A DNA stretch of 64,000 nucleotides from Bugula neritina (GCA_964035545.1 OZ037773.1:9019751-9083750), one strand, 5' to 3'. Counted from the stretch's first letter, positions 26,773 through 38,078 are shown. Notes: generated from the sequence alone by a model not told the origin. Program-made: numbers and translations.

Positions 26773-28580
26773 CTGCTACTAATAATAGTATAACTGTATT
26801 ATAACTTGCAGAAGCTTCCCGCAACGCGAATAGCCGATGCCCTGATGGAGCAAAAGTCCTCACAAGATGTGGAAAACTACAGATATTTTGATCCTAAATT
26901 AATAAAACACACTGAAAGGTTTGACACCTCATATGATTTGTCTGACACCTTATGTAATTAGTCTGACATAGGGCTACTACTCTAGTCATTAGGATACTAT
27001 CCTTGCCATAGGGCTACTACCCTAGTCATTGGGATACTATCCTTGCCATAGGGCTACTACCCTAGTCATTGGGGTACTACTTTAATCATTCAGTAACATA
27101 AGTGTTTATGAAGTTGTTTAGTCAACTTAGCTACTGGCCTTTTACAACCACTGAAGCTAGTTTTAAAAAAAAATCTTTAAGCAAACATCCAGTTCAAACA
27201 TTACACAGGCATGATGCGTGACTTTAATACTCTAACAGCTCAGCTTTGCTGCCTAGTAGCACTCTGACCAATAGAATCTAATGTAGCATTTGCTGCTGGA
27301 CTGATGTAACATAGTGCTGTGTTTACTTGACTCTCTAATATAATGGAGTCGTTTATTTTTGACATCCCAAAAATACAGATTTGAGTTATCCCCCCTCCCC
27401 CGCGTCATTCTGGTCAATAGAACTCTAGCGCCTCCTGACCCAAAGTATGTGCATTGTGTGCAAGATCTCATATATGTTGTGTTGTGTTGTCGGTTTTAGT
27501 GTGCCTAGGAGTAAAGCGCCCTCTAGTGAAGCAGTGGTGTTCATGATAGGGGGAGGTAACTATATCGAGTACCAGAATTTACAAGATTATGCCAAGGTAT
27601 GTTCATCACACTTACCTTGTCAAGGTATGTACATCACACTTACCGTGTAAGTTGAATGCTTTCACTAAGTGTTAAAATATTCTCCCACCTTCATGTTTAG
27701 ATTATGATTTCAATTGCTTGCAAGGAAATAAGTTTTTAGTGATGCGAATTTCACATTTGAGTGGCTTCAACAGTGTTGTTGTAACTGTTACCAGACGGTA
27801 CTGTAGCTGTTACTATACTGTAGGGGTTACTATACAGTACTGCAGTTGTTACCAGACAGTACTGTAGCTGTTACCAGACAGTACTGTAGCTGTTACCAGA
27901 CAGTGCTGTAGCTGTTACTAGACAGTACTGTAACTGTTACCGGACAGTACTGTGGCTATACTGTGTTGTAGGGAAGTAAGAAGATATCCTATGGATGTAG
28001 TCAAGTCTTGAATGCCAAGGAGTTTGTTCAGCAGGTAAGTTGGGGGCGTAGAGCATAGCCCCACACCTTTTCCGGCACCCATGATGCTTAGGCTATGTTT
28101 GTTAGGCTGCAAATGATTAGATTGCTATAAGTAGATATCAGAGGCTGACAACTCTAGTGTCACTACTAGATAGTATGTCAGTACTGGAGGATTGTGTAAG
28201 ATTTCTATATATAATATCATACAGTTGACTACATGGCTTGACATTACAAAATGTGAGTTTTCTCTGGGAATTTATCAAGCATCAAACTTCCCTCAATGAC
28301 AGGAGAGTTGTAAACAGGAAGTGGTGTCATAATAGTGAATCACTAGTTAAATATTCAGGGAGCAGCTGTGGTCTAGGGGTTAGAGCGTTTGCCTTATAGT
28401 ATGCACTGAATCATGGGTTCAAACTGGACAAAGGTCATGGGTGATGTTAAGAAGAGCATCCATCCAGTCATAATTGTCTCATCTGAATAATAGTTGGATA
28501 TTCAGTATTCTAGTAGTTGTATTGTCACCACAAGTAACTCCATGTTGCAGCTGACGCAGCTCGGACAGGAAATGAGGTGA
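11005..28580 (+). CDS. SCFD1: Sec1 family domain-containing protein 1 (Sly1; ER-Golgi SM protein), ~634 aa, 20 exons
   Basis: Exons 11005-11029, 11873-12038, 12362-12452, 12833-12955, 13108-13195, 13354-13443, 13785-13896, 14071-14203, 14693-14824, 15219-15323, 16016-16092, 16573-16714, 16987-17091, 17613-17692, 18338-18400, 18773-18848, 26812-26918, 27500-27596, 27972-28034, 28551-28580 (1905 nt, phases consistent). Sly1 motifs present: [81 protein letters not shown]. Confidence 0.96.
12956..13080. repeat. (GAGT)n microsatellite starting at the exon-4 donor GTGAGT
   Basis: Directly visible. It fills most of the intron. Confidence 0.9.
14180..14330. repeat. 63-bp tandem duplication that includes the SCFD1 exon-8 3' end and donor
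   Basis: caagcacttgctc recurs at 14180, 14243 and 14306. Confidence 0.85.
15330..15515. repeat. 21-bp purine-rich minisatellite (ggaggagtcagtaggggaagg), potential G-quadruplex
   Basis: Directly visible just after the exon-10 donor. Confidence 0.9.
17757..18305. repeat. 17-bp minisatellite (actatcagttactatat)
   Basis: About 30 near-perfect copies in SCFD1 intron 14. Confidence 0.95.
19210..19810. repeat. Two blocks of a ~28-bp minisatellite (acagtcttcactctacctgtgtaatcat)
   Basis: Blocks at ~19210-19410 and ~19660-19810. Confidence 0.85.
20080..21060 (-). mobile_element. Possible highly decayed Mutator-like (MULE) transposase remnant, interrupted by a minisatellite
   Basis: Minus-strand fragments [19 protein letters not shown] / [15 protein letters not shown] / IR*HQ*RYEGM resemble, in the right order, the WSV...RTNN..EGWH..LN / FY.L...L..E / L.R.QR..Y C-terminal motifs of MULE-like transposases. 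Stops and frameshifts are present and no TIRs were seen. Confidence 0.3.
20320..20585. repeat. 40-bp minisatellite (caagtagttgtggaaggtgacaggtagtgtcaggtgttga)
   Basis: The unit recurs every 40 nt from 20341 to 20541. Confidence 0.9.
21380..21927. repeat. 23-bp minisatellite (cccttaagtgatcacctccctgc)
   Basis: About 24 near-identical tandem copies with no spacers. Confidence 0.95.
23401..23467 (+). promoter_or_regulatory. Core promoter of caspase-like gene A: IRF/ISRE-like site, CCAAT box, TATA box
   Basis: AGTTTCGGTTT at 23401-23411, CCAAT at 23418-23422, TATAAA at 23462-23467, about 90 nt upstream of the ATG. All three are conserved in copy B. Confidence 0.6.
23556..25554 (+). CDS. Atypical caspase-like cysteine protease A (peptidase C14 fold, ~426 aa), nested in SCFD1 intron 16
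   Basis: Exon 1 23556-23658 (phase 1) joins exon 2 24377-25554 in frame. Motifs: GVFVVIKN (beta1), [26 protein letters not shown]...[28 protein letters not shown]. Confidence 0.9.
26390..26780. repeat. (CTA)n/(CTG)n trinucleotide tract upstream of the SCFD1 exon-17 acceptor
   Basis: Directly visible. It explains the poly-S/poly-L ORFs. Confidence 0.95.
27780..27955. repeat. 22-bp minisatellite (ccagacagtactgtagctgtta); paralogous copy at ~32780-32965
   Basis: Directly visible in both segmental copies. Confidence 0.9.
28360..28475 (+). mobile_element. Degenerate tRNA-derived SINE-like fragment (second copy ~33370-33485)
   Basis: A-box-like TGGTCTAGGGG and B-box-like GGGTTCAAAC at Pol III spacing, followed by aagagcatcc. 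No intact cloverleaf. Confidence 0.45.
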
Positions 28581-29482
28581 TTTCACGGAAGAAGATTGAA
28601 ACTTTAGAGTTCGGAATAGAAATTCAGCAGCCTGTAGTTTTTACACTTCTCTGACATTCTACAGATTGGAGGCTGGAAGTCATATCTTTGTTCACAAGTG
28701 GGATGTCTATTACTCCATGAGCCATGGCTGATGATATATAAGACATTGTATTGTTATATTAAAATTATATTTTATATGGTAACATTTATATTCACTAATT
28801 GTAATTTATTCTTTAGCATATGTATGATTAATATTACAAGATATAAGGAAATAAATGTATGTAAAACATGCAGCAGAATGGGCTTTATTTTCCTGGTAGC
28901 ATGTGCAGGAGTTGTCATTTCTGTAAGTATCAGTACAAGGAAAGACAACTGCATACTCGGTTATCAGATTAAAATAGTAACTGTTGATTTTACTGAAGAC
29001 TTCATTTCAATATGCAGTACATCATGTATGCACACTGACTGGGTTAGTATATATGGAACATTATTATCCAGTTCTTTTGGAATTGTTGGTGTGAACATTG
29101 CATTAAGTTTTCTTGAAATTAGCCGTAGTAAAATATTTTCTCAGGCTTTAAAACGAACTAACAATGCCCTATTTGAGTGGTTGTTTGAGTAAAACCATGC
29201 CACTACCTTGAATTACAATGTACTAAATAAAGTTAGACTAAGCACCAGTTTAACACTGGTGTTCATTATTAGTCATATCTGGATAGTCTGTATAAATAGG
29301 TAAATATAAGGATATTGATATTGGTTATTAATTAGTTCACGGTTGACTTAACCATACTGTTGCATTCAGCAGTCTTCTAGCTTGCGAACAAACAGCGACT
29401 TATTGCGTCTGCTTTGACTCTACACTACAATACTTACATGATAATTGACTGATCAAATATTAAGGCTATAAATTTCCAAAGC

Positions 29483-29549
29483 AGTTTCGGTTTAGTTGAC
29501 CAATGAGATGTCAGCTATTTATGATGAACTTCCCAGTTGCTAGTATAAA
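29483..29549 (+). promoter_or_regulatory. Core promoter of caspase-like gene B: IRF/ISRE-like site, CCAAT, TATA
   Basis: AGTTTCGGTTT at 29483-29493, CCAAT at 29500-29504, TATAAA at 29544-29549. Spacing is the same as in copy A. Confidence 0.6.
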
Positions 29550-29633
29550 TGAATAGGTTCTAGATCTGCGTGGCTAGTTGCAACAGGTATTCACACACGA
29601 AAAGTTAATACTTAATATCTAATAATCTAAATA

Positions 29634-31642
29634 ATGGCTTCAAACTCCGAATCTATGCCTAATGGTACCTCTGGATCTGCTACTCAACCTGAGAGTGAAA
29701 CTGCTCAAGTCGACTGTGAGCATTCATTAGTTATTACTATTAGTTATCTTTCTATAACCTATTAGTATTACTATAGCAGTAAACATTACCTATATTTTGT
29801 ACTTGTGGTTCAGTGTTGTATAATTACTGATGTTTCCTTGGATATATTGTTTCTCAAAGTCTATTCTTGCAATAGCTGTATTCTTTACATAGTTCAACTA
29901 TAGTTTCATTTCAAGTATATTGTTATACTTACACCCTGTATGCTTCTCCCTACTGTTACTGTATACACATTATAAATTAATTACAGTTCTCATTATCAAT
30001 GCAATCATGACAATTGTCCAACTGGAAGTATCATAAAATTAAATTTATTATCCACCCAACGTAAATATGGCTTTGATGCAAATAAATAGATTCTAAATAA
30101 GTCAATATAAATATGATTGTCACTATATAACAATCGTTGTGATTGTTTATTACTATAGAAAATTAATTAAATGCATCAAAAACTGAGGATATCTTTAGAT
30201 GCATATGTATGTTTTACCATTAAACCACACATTTGAATTACATAGTGCTCTTGGTGTATTATGATTGTAGTAGTTTTAATAATTTAAATAACGTTTTGCT
30301 ATAGTAGTTGTAAACTTCCTTAGGCAACTAGGCTACTACATTTAATCTTCTCTGCTAAATAAATTGCCCAAACTACAAGTTCATTGGAAATGTAATATTT
30401 AGATTATAGGTGCCAAAACTGTAATGAATGAGTTATTGTTTTATTCTCATGATGTAATTTCAACATCTTGTAGCAAGCAACAGTTCTCCTGATAGTAATG
30501 GCTTGACCAATGCAGGACTTGGAAAGAAACATTATGTGATTGATGGAAAGTTGACAAAAACAGAGTATGAGGTCAAAAATAAAGGATTATTTGTGGTGAT
30601 TAAGAACATATCTTTCAACTATAAACACAACGGGCATGACTGGAGCAAGGAACGCCCTCTAAATTATGATGCAGATGTAGAAACTCTCCAAAAAACTTTC
30701 AACTTGGCTGATGGTGCATCAAATTTCACCCTTGGATGTGACTTAAGATCTGAAGATCCGGAAGGGGACAATCAGTTTGATGTATTCATGGATAACTTGG
30801 TTGAAGATAATCCAAATGAACCTCGGTATGATTTCCTGGTGTTTGTATTGATGTCACACGGCCTTCCAGATGGAAAGTTCCTATTGGCTGAAGAGCGTGA
30901 GAGCCTGGCTTGCTGTGACAGTAAAAAGAAAGAGGTTACTCACAAATATCGAGGCTATTGTCATATGCGTGATATAAAGAAAGACGTAGTCAAAAGGATA
31001 CAAGATAGTCGTAGGTTCTTAAACATACCCAAAATATTCCTGGTGCAAACATGCCGTGGTGATCGTAAGGCTGCAGTAGATTTAAGGAAACCAAAAGGTT
31101 TTTCACAATCAAAGCCACTATCACCAACAACTGCGGACAAGTTTATACCAGAGGGTTCTGACACATACATCATGTTTGCTTGCTTCGAGGACCACCCGAG
31201 TTATGTAGATATAAAAAGTGGTTCCTTTCTTGTCAAGTATTTTTGTGAAGTAATGGATGAGTTGCAAGTAGCAATAAGACAGAGTCAGGCATTCTTTGCA
31301 GAGCTGGAGCATAGGCTGATTGACCAGAGGGGAGCAAGCAGCATGGATGCATTCAACAGCGATGAAACAATGAGACGTCTCAACAACTATATGACCGAAG
31401 AACTAGAGTTGGGCAAGTTGTTCCTCTGTCCAGAGAATTTGATTGAAGGGTGGATGGAGGACGTGGCCCAGAAAACTATGGCTAAGATCACCAAAGATCT
31501 CATCGTTATGAAGGTCTTAGATGAAGATGGTTATGTCCTTGACACAAAGTATGACAAGCAGCAGCCCCACATCAACTGCACTCTCAGGTTTAAACTGTCT
31601 ATGCTGAAAGTGTTACGGACACAGTGGGACGATATGCAGTGA
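29634..31642 (+). CDS. Atypical caspase-like cysteine protease B (~416 aa), tandem paralogue of A
   Basis: Exon 1 29634-29715 (phase 1) plus exon 2 30474-31642. The ORF is intact with SHG and QTCRG and is colinear with copy A. Confidence 0.9.
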
Positions 31643-31725
31643 CACCAACGGGTGGTACTGTCTATGCTGAAAGTGTTACGGACACAGTGGGACGATATGC
31701 AGTGACACCAACGGGTGGTACTGTC
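31594..31725 (+). repeat. 63-bp tandem duplication spanning the stop codon of caspase-like B
   Basis: actgtctatgctgaaag...gggtggt starts at 31594 and again at 31657. Confidence 0.9.
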
Positions 31726-32779
31726 CTTTCTTTTTTATCCGAAAACATATCATTTAATTGCTCTGAGTTGTGCATTTTTACAATCTTTTCCTGTTACCTG
31801 CATTTTCTGCTCATTAAAATCAAATTCTGCTTGTTTCTATAATTGCACACACTTTCACTGAACTGTTTTTTCTATTTATGTAAATGCGTACAATGTACAT
31901 CTTATTTTATTGTATTATGTTAAATTTCTAATATAACATTTTAGTATTTGACATATTATATTTTAAATATAATAACTTTGAACTATATTCTGTGGTATTG
32001 TTTAAGTAACTACTTAGCTTGTATCCATTGAAAAGTCTGGCTACAACATTATGCTGGTAATTCTAGTACACCATTTGTTCCAGGAGGCATATTTTATAGG
32101 TTTAGCATTTCTGTTCATATAATAGTTTGTCAATTTGCGTACTTTCTATTTTCAAAGTGTGTCTTTTCAAATTTATTATTCTAGAAGTCAACAGATTTTG
32201 CTGCATGCTTATATTTTACAAAAATGAAAATATTTTCATTGTTTGAATATCAGAACTATTTATATTTTTTGTTTTCAACATATCTTTTTTCAGTATAAAT
32301 TGTTAAATATATGACTGCTCGCATTAATCATAGGCTGTAAAGTGCAGTATAATGTGAAAAGCATAGAAAAGCACTTTTCTATTGTCAAAAATCAATTACT
32401 CTCTTTGATCAATGTGTAAATGTTAGAACCAACAGCTAAAGAACTGGAAGGTAATCAAAGTATAGGTCATTATAATCTGACAATAGAACAACTAAAGTGA
32501 TAAATCTTTTCAGTGTTTTGACCTCCACTTTCAAAACTCTTTCTACGATCAGTGTAACAATCAATCAAAAGAGATGTATTGGAAAAAGGTTATTGATCAT
32601 AATATGGATGGCTTTAGAACAAAATGTTTTACAAAAGTGCTGCATTTCATCTCTGACGATTACTTTCTTTAGGCTGATTATCACAATATAAAACACATAA
32701 GTCTGCTGTGCTTGTTCTGACATGTGTTTGCAAGTGACTTTATCCTGGCCATAGTTAACTGGGAAATGAACACAAGTCT

Positions 32780-34240
32780 GACAGTACTGTAGTTGTTACT
32801 AGACAGTACTGTAGTTGTTACCAGACAGTACTGTAGCTGTTACCAGACAGTGCCGTAGCTGTTACTAGACAGTACTGTAGCTGTTACCATACAGTACTGT
32901 AGCTGTTACTAGACAGTACTGTAGCTGTTACCAGACAGTACTGTAGCTGTTACCAGACAGTACTGTGGTTATACTGTGTTGTAGGGAAGTAAGAAGATAT
33001 CCTGTGAATATAGTCAAGTCTTGAATGCCAAGGAGTTTGTTCAGCAGTAAGTTGGGGGCGTAGAGCATAGCCCCACACCATTTTCTGTATCCTGTCACTT
33101 AGGCTATGTTTGTTAGGCTGCAAATGATTAGATTGCTGAAAGTAGATATTAGAGGCCGACAACTCTAGTGTCACCACTAAATAGTATGTCAGTACTGGAG
33201 GATTGTGTAAGATTTCTATATATAATATCATACAGCTGAAGGCATGGCTTGACATTACAAAATGTGAGTTTTCTCTGGGAATTTATCAAACATCATATCT
33301 TCCTCATTGACAGGAGAGTTGTAAACAGGAAGTGGTGTCATAATAGTGAATCACTAGTTAAATATTCAGGGAGCAGCTGTGGTCTAGGGGTTAGAGTGTT
33401 TGCCTATAGTAAGCATGAAGTCATGGGTTCAGACCCTAAACAAAGGCTATTGGTGATGTTAGTTTAAGAGCATCCAGTCATAATTGCTCCTGTGTCTCAT
33501 CTGAATAATAGTTGATATTCAGTATTCTAGTAGTTGTATTGTCACCACAAGTAACTCCATGTTGCAGCTGACGCAGCTCGGACAGGAAATGAGGTGATTT
33601 CACGGAAGAAGTTCGAAACTTTAGAGTTCGGAATATAAATTTAGCAGCCTGAGTTTCTAAACTTTAGTGACATTCTACAGATTGGAGGCCGGAAGTCATA
33701 TCTTTGTTCACAAATAGCCGTGGGATATCTATTACTCCATGAGCCATGGCTGAGGATATATAAGACATTGTATTGTTATATTAAAATTATATTTTATATG
33801 GCAACATTTATATTCACTAATTGTAATTTATTCAGTGGCATATGTATGATTATTATTACAAGATATAAGGAAATAAATGTATGTAAAACATGCATTAGAA
33901 TGAGGTTTATTTTCCTGGTAGCATGTGCAGGAGTTGTCATCTTTGTAAATAACAGTACAAGGAAAGACAACTGCATACTCGGTTACCAGATTAAAATAGT
34001 AACTGTTCATCTTACTGAAGACTTCCTCTCAAAGCCCTAAAACTAGTCACTCAGCTCTGAGAGTACAGTTCTATATGCAGTACATCATGTATGTACACAG
34101 ACTAGGTTAGTATATATGGAACATTATTATCCAGTTCTTTTGGAATTGTTGGTGTGAACTTTGGAATTGTTTTCTCTTGCTTGTTATTTTATCCATTACC
34201 TTAAATTAGCTATAGCGAAATATTTTTTTCCAGGTTTTAC
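32780..34240 (+). pseudogene. Duplicated SCFD1 3' end (exon 19', exon 20', 3'UTR)
   Basis: Colinear with ~27780-29150. Exon 19' (32985-33046) lost one nt at the donor (62 nt) and changed YGC to CEY. Exon 20' (33568-33597) is identical to exon 20. No copies of exons 17-18 were seen. Confidence 0.88.
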
Positions 34241-34249
34241 AATGTGAAG

Positions 34250-36492
34250 TTGTATCGTCCAGAGTGAGAGAATTGGACAAAGTCATAGTACTAGTTATAG
34301 TATGAGTATCAATATGTGATAGTACTCAATTTAAAATATAATACACACGCATACGCACATATAAAAGAAGTTTTCTACTGCATATACAGTCTAAAAGAGT
34401 GTATTTTCTAATGTAAATAATCTGACAAAACGGCCATGGAACTTGGTTTTTTCTAGGAGCAGTCAAATTAATGAGAACAGTGAAAATTGGTACGGCAAGA
34501 CATGCTTAGCTGAGCGAAACTAAACAAGGTCTGAATATTGAGCAGGGTGGGTGAGACTGCCGCAGTGACTGTACTTTTATGGGACTGTTTTTACAACCTA
34601 ATGGCTAATATTACACTATATTCATAACTCTAGGTTGCTACATAGCAATTGCCTTCTCTTGATCCTTTCTGGAATGTTTTTAATTTTATAGAAAATGCAT
34701 TTCGTAGTTAATTCTAGAAGTTTAGTATAGGAGGCTATAGACCATGGTTCTCTATAAATATATTTTATATAAACTACCAAGACTAAATGTGATAGCTAAT
34801 TGTGTAGAAGAGTGAAAATTAAATTTGGTTAAAATTATGTTATGTAGCTCTTGACGCTGTATTTAATTTAGAATTTAAATAGAGTAACACATATTTTTCT
34901 GTTGTTTTGGGATAGCAATAGTAAAAGCTACACGAAAATGAGCAGTTGTAGGTTTATGGCTTTTTCTCTTGGGTTGTAAGTTTGCTGATTTATACACTGG
35001 TTCACTATCTAAGAATTACAGTTTTCTGACAAATGATGCTCCTCTAATGCCAGCTGTGCAGTATAATCATTATGCCAATTTGCTGCACTCCTGCGCACAC
35101 TGAGCTACAAAGAAGAGCTAAATTTTAGCGGCGCCAGTATCTCAATCTAGGCAGTCGCATAGTCTAGACCTGCGACATGCAGCCAATAGCACGCCAGAAA
35201 TATTATTTGTGGCGCTTCGGGTTGTTTGATTAAGAGATGAGGTATTTCTTAACAGGGGTAGCATCTATCTCAACTTCATGTTGTAAATTTTAGTGAGGAT
35301 ATCAGCCTTATTACTTCTAGTCATTGCAAATAAAATAAGCAAAAACAAATTTATGCAAAAAATTTCATTTGATGCATTGTTATAATAAAATCAATCCATT
35401 ACTTCAAAACTATTTTCAACAGTATTGGAGAAAAGTTGGTTATATTCAAAATTAAACTAATAAATATAAAAATTTTGGAAATAATTATTTTAAAATATTG
35501 CATAAAACTTTACTTATTGCTTAAAAATTGTAAAATCTTTAATCTGGGTTTATATTCTACGTTGTATTCTCACTCGTTTTAATAGTTGATACCCCTATAA
35601 ATAGAACTTCATTCGCGAAGTAGACTACTCATGCATAGGCCGTCTACAAACATTACAGAATATAGTCTATTGTACTGTCAACAGATTGGCTTTCATTGTA
35701 GGCTATTGATGACGGTAAGGGTGGCACGTTAGGGCCTCCAACGATTTCATGCACGTTGTTGCAAGTGATTATTATGGTATCAAAGGCAAACAGCATAAAC
35801 TTTATCAAGGAATAATTATTATAATTGTTCAATGCCACTTCCAACCTAGAATAGCTTCATCTGCCACTCAAGATAGCAATATGCAGATGCACCAGAGTTA
35901 CAGTATTTAAAACTGAACTCGCATCTAGCTGTCTTTTAGATCCTCACCCAGGTTGAGCTCAGCATCAGAAATTACAAGTACTGTGAAATACAACTTTGTC
36001 AGCTTCAGGTAACACTAAGTCTAACAGTAACTTACTATTACTAACACTAACAGTAATACTAATAGTGAATATGTAGTTTTACCATATCATAAGTATTGCA
36101 GTTACTATTACTATTAGTATTACTATTATTATTAGTAGTATATCAATGAGTCATATAGTTATACTAACTCTAAGAGTAAAAGAAATAGTTTTAGTTATCG
36201 TACTGGTAGTACTTATTACCTGCTAGTCTTGTAGTGGTACACACTCAGTCTCACTCTGAGTAATAGTAGTAGTGATACTAAGTACACGAAACCTGAAAGT
36301 TAGCATTATGATCATGATTATAAAATATACATATCATTATGAATATACAAGAACTGTAAGTGTTAAGGTGCATTTAAAACTTAGAGTCTGGAACCTAGAG
36401 CTGTAAGTGTATCGTCCAGAGTGAGAGAGTTGGACAAAGTCATAGTACTAGTTATAATATGAGTATCAATATGTGATAGTACTCAATTTAAA
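34250..36492. repeat. Dispersed ~85-bp direct repeat (34250-34335 and 36408-36492)
   Basis: gtatcgtccagagtgagag...gtactcaatttaaa occurs twice. The first copy abuts the end of the duplicated block. Confidence 0.8.
35125..35220 (+). promoter_or_regulatory. Candidate Smad-responsive element cluster upstream of Smad6/7
   Basis: GGCGCC at 35130-35135, palindromic SBE GTCTAGAC at 35162-35169, CCAAT at 35183-35187, TGGCGC at ~35210, all in a local GC-rich island. Confidence 0.5.
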
Positions 36493-37834
36493 GTATGGAG
36501 AATATTAAATTTAATGCTAATAAATTTAATATTATTCAATTTAATGTTAATAAATTTAATATTGTATTTGTTGTTGATATACCCAATCTGAAAATGTGCA
36601 TTTCCTTTAACTTCGTCTCACTGTCAGCAGTTGGTGTTAGACTGTTACACTTACAGTCACAGTTATTGTGCTGATGCAAGTGTAGACTGGTTTATAGTTA
36701 TCCATAGTTAAAGTGAAAATCATAGAATTGGAGTGCTGTAAACTGTAAATGGTTCGACTTTTGCACAGTATGCACCCCTAGATTTTAAATTCAACTTGAA
36801 GCCAAAAGCATTGTTTATTATTCATAAATATAAAGCTATAGCTTATGCAATAATAAATATAATATTTATAGTTAGTGTAACAGCAATACTGAGAATAATA
36901 GTTATGATTATTTCATTGAATTGTGTTACTCATGTTATAATTGTAAATCAACTTGTGACTGCGTAGTGATTATGATTAAGAATGTTGTCATAGTGATAGT
37001 TATATTCACATCCCATTTCACATTAGGCCTGTTATCCGTAATAAGATTATGTCTGCTATCTTGTTCTTTGAGAGCTCTAGTAAGCATATTATTACTAGTT
37101 ACTAACAATAAGTACTACTACTTTTTACTATTTCACTAGCAGTGATGCTAGTAATCACCAGCCTATTGTGGTAAGGATGATTTTAATGGTTTAAGTATTC
37201 CTATTAATGTTTATATTGAAACCTGTGTTTGCATGTATTTATAATGATGATCTTATCAATGGCGAGATAAAGGTAGAAGTTAATTCAGCGTTACATTAAA
37301 AGTGACATTAAGGTTGCAAATTGCCCCCAAATTGAGTATCAGCATGACTGCTTTAGTCATCATTTTCATGAGCCAATTAGAGTTGAATAGGTAAAGTATG
37401 GCACAGTAAAAAATATTCTATATCGAATATGATATATTAGTATGATATGTTTCAGTACATTGTGACATTTCAGAATGACAGCTATACAACTCATAGTGAT
37501 CAATTTAAAATAAAATTCAACTACTGACGCTGTTGAAGAAGGTAAAATCTCTCAGCCACCAGTTTGATAGATTCAACACCGAAAGTCAATTTCAATTTTC
37601 AATAATTGATGTTTTACAAACAAACATAGAAACAAATTATGAAATGAAGAAGTTGTTGATATTGTTATTGACCTGTCAACTTAATTTAAATGTGGATTGT
37701 AGTCGTTCTGGTTGACCGATTTTGACACAAAACCCAGAGTACCTGTTGTACCGTGTCTATGCATAGAATCAATTAGTCTGAGCAATCAATTTATAGCGGC
37801 ATGCCTCATGTGCCTTTGGAATGTCATTGATTGT

Positions 37835-37842
37835 TACTACTA

Positions 37843-37876
<34 letters not shown>

Positions 37877-37941
37877 GCTACTACTACTACTATATACTAC
37901 TACTACTACTAATACTACTACTAGTACTACTACTACTGCTG

Positions 37942-37986
<45 letters not shown>

Positions 37987-38010
37987 GTACTACTACTACT
38001 GCTGTTGCTG

Positions 38011-38078
<68 letters not shown>

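Noticed and set aside
26180-26863. 227-aa minus-strand ORF resembling a poly-Ser membrane protein
   Set aside because: It arises from the (CTA)n tract and lies antisense to SCFD1 exon 17.
28360-28440. Functional tRNA gene
   Set aside because: Only A/B-box-like remnants are present. No acceptor stem or anticodon arm could be folded.
28698-29192. 164-aa ORF with a paralogue at 33720-34040
   Set aside because: It starts with GTG, is AT-rich, lies in the SCFD1 3'UTR, has no recognisable motifs and is cut short in the second copy. The similarity is explained by the segmental duplication.
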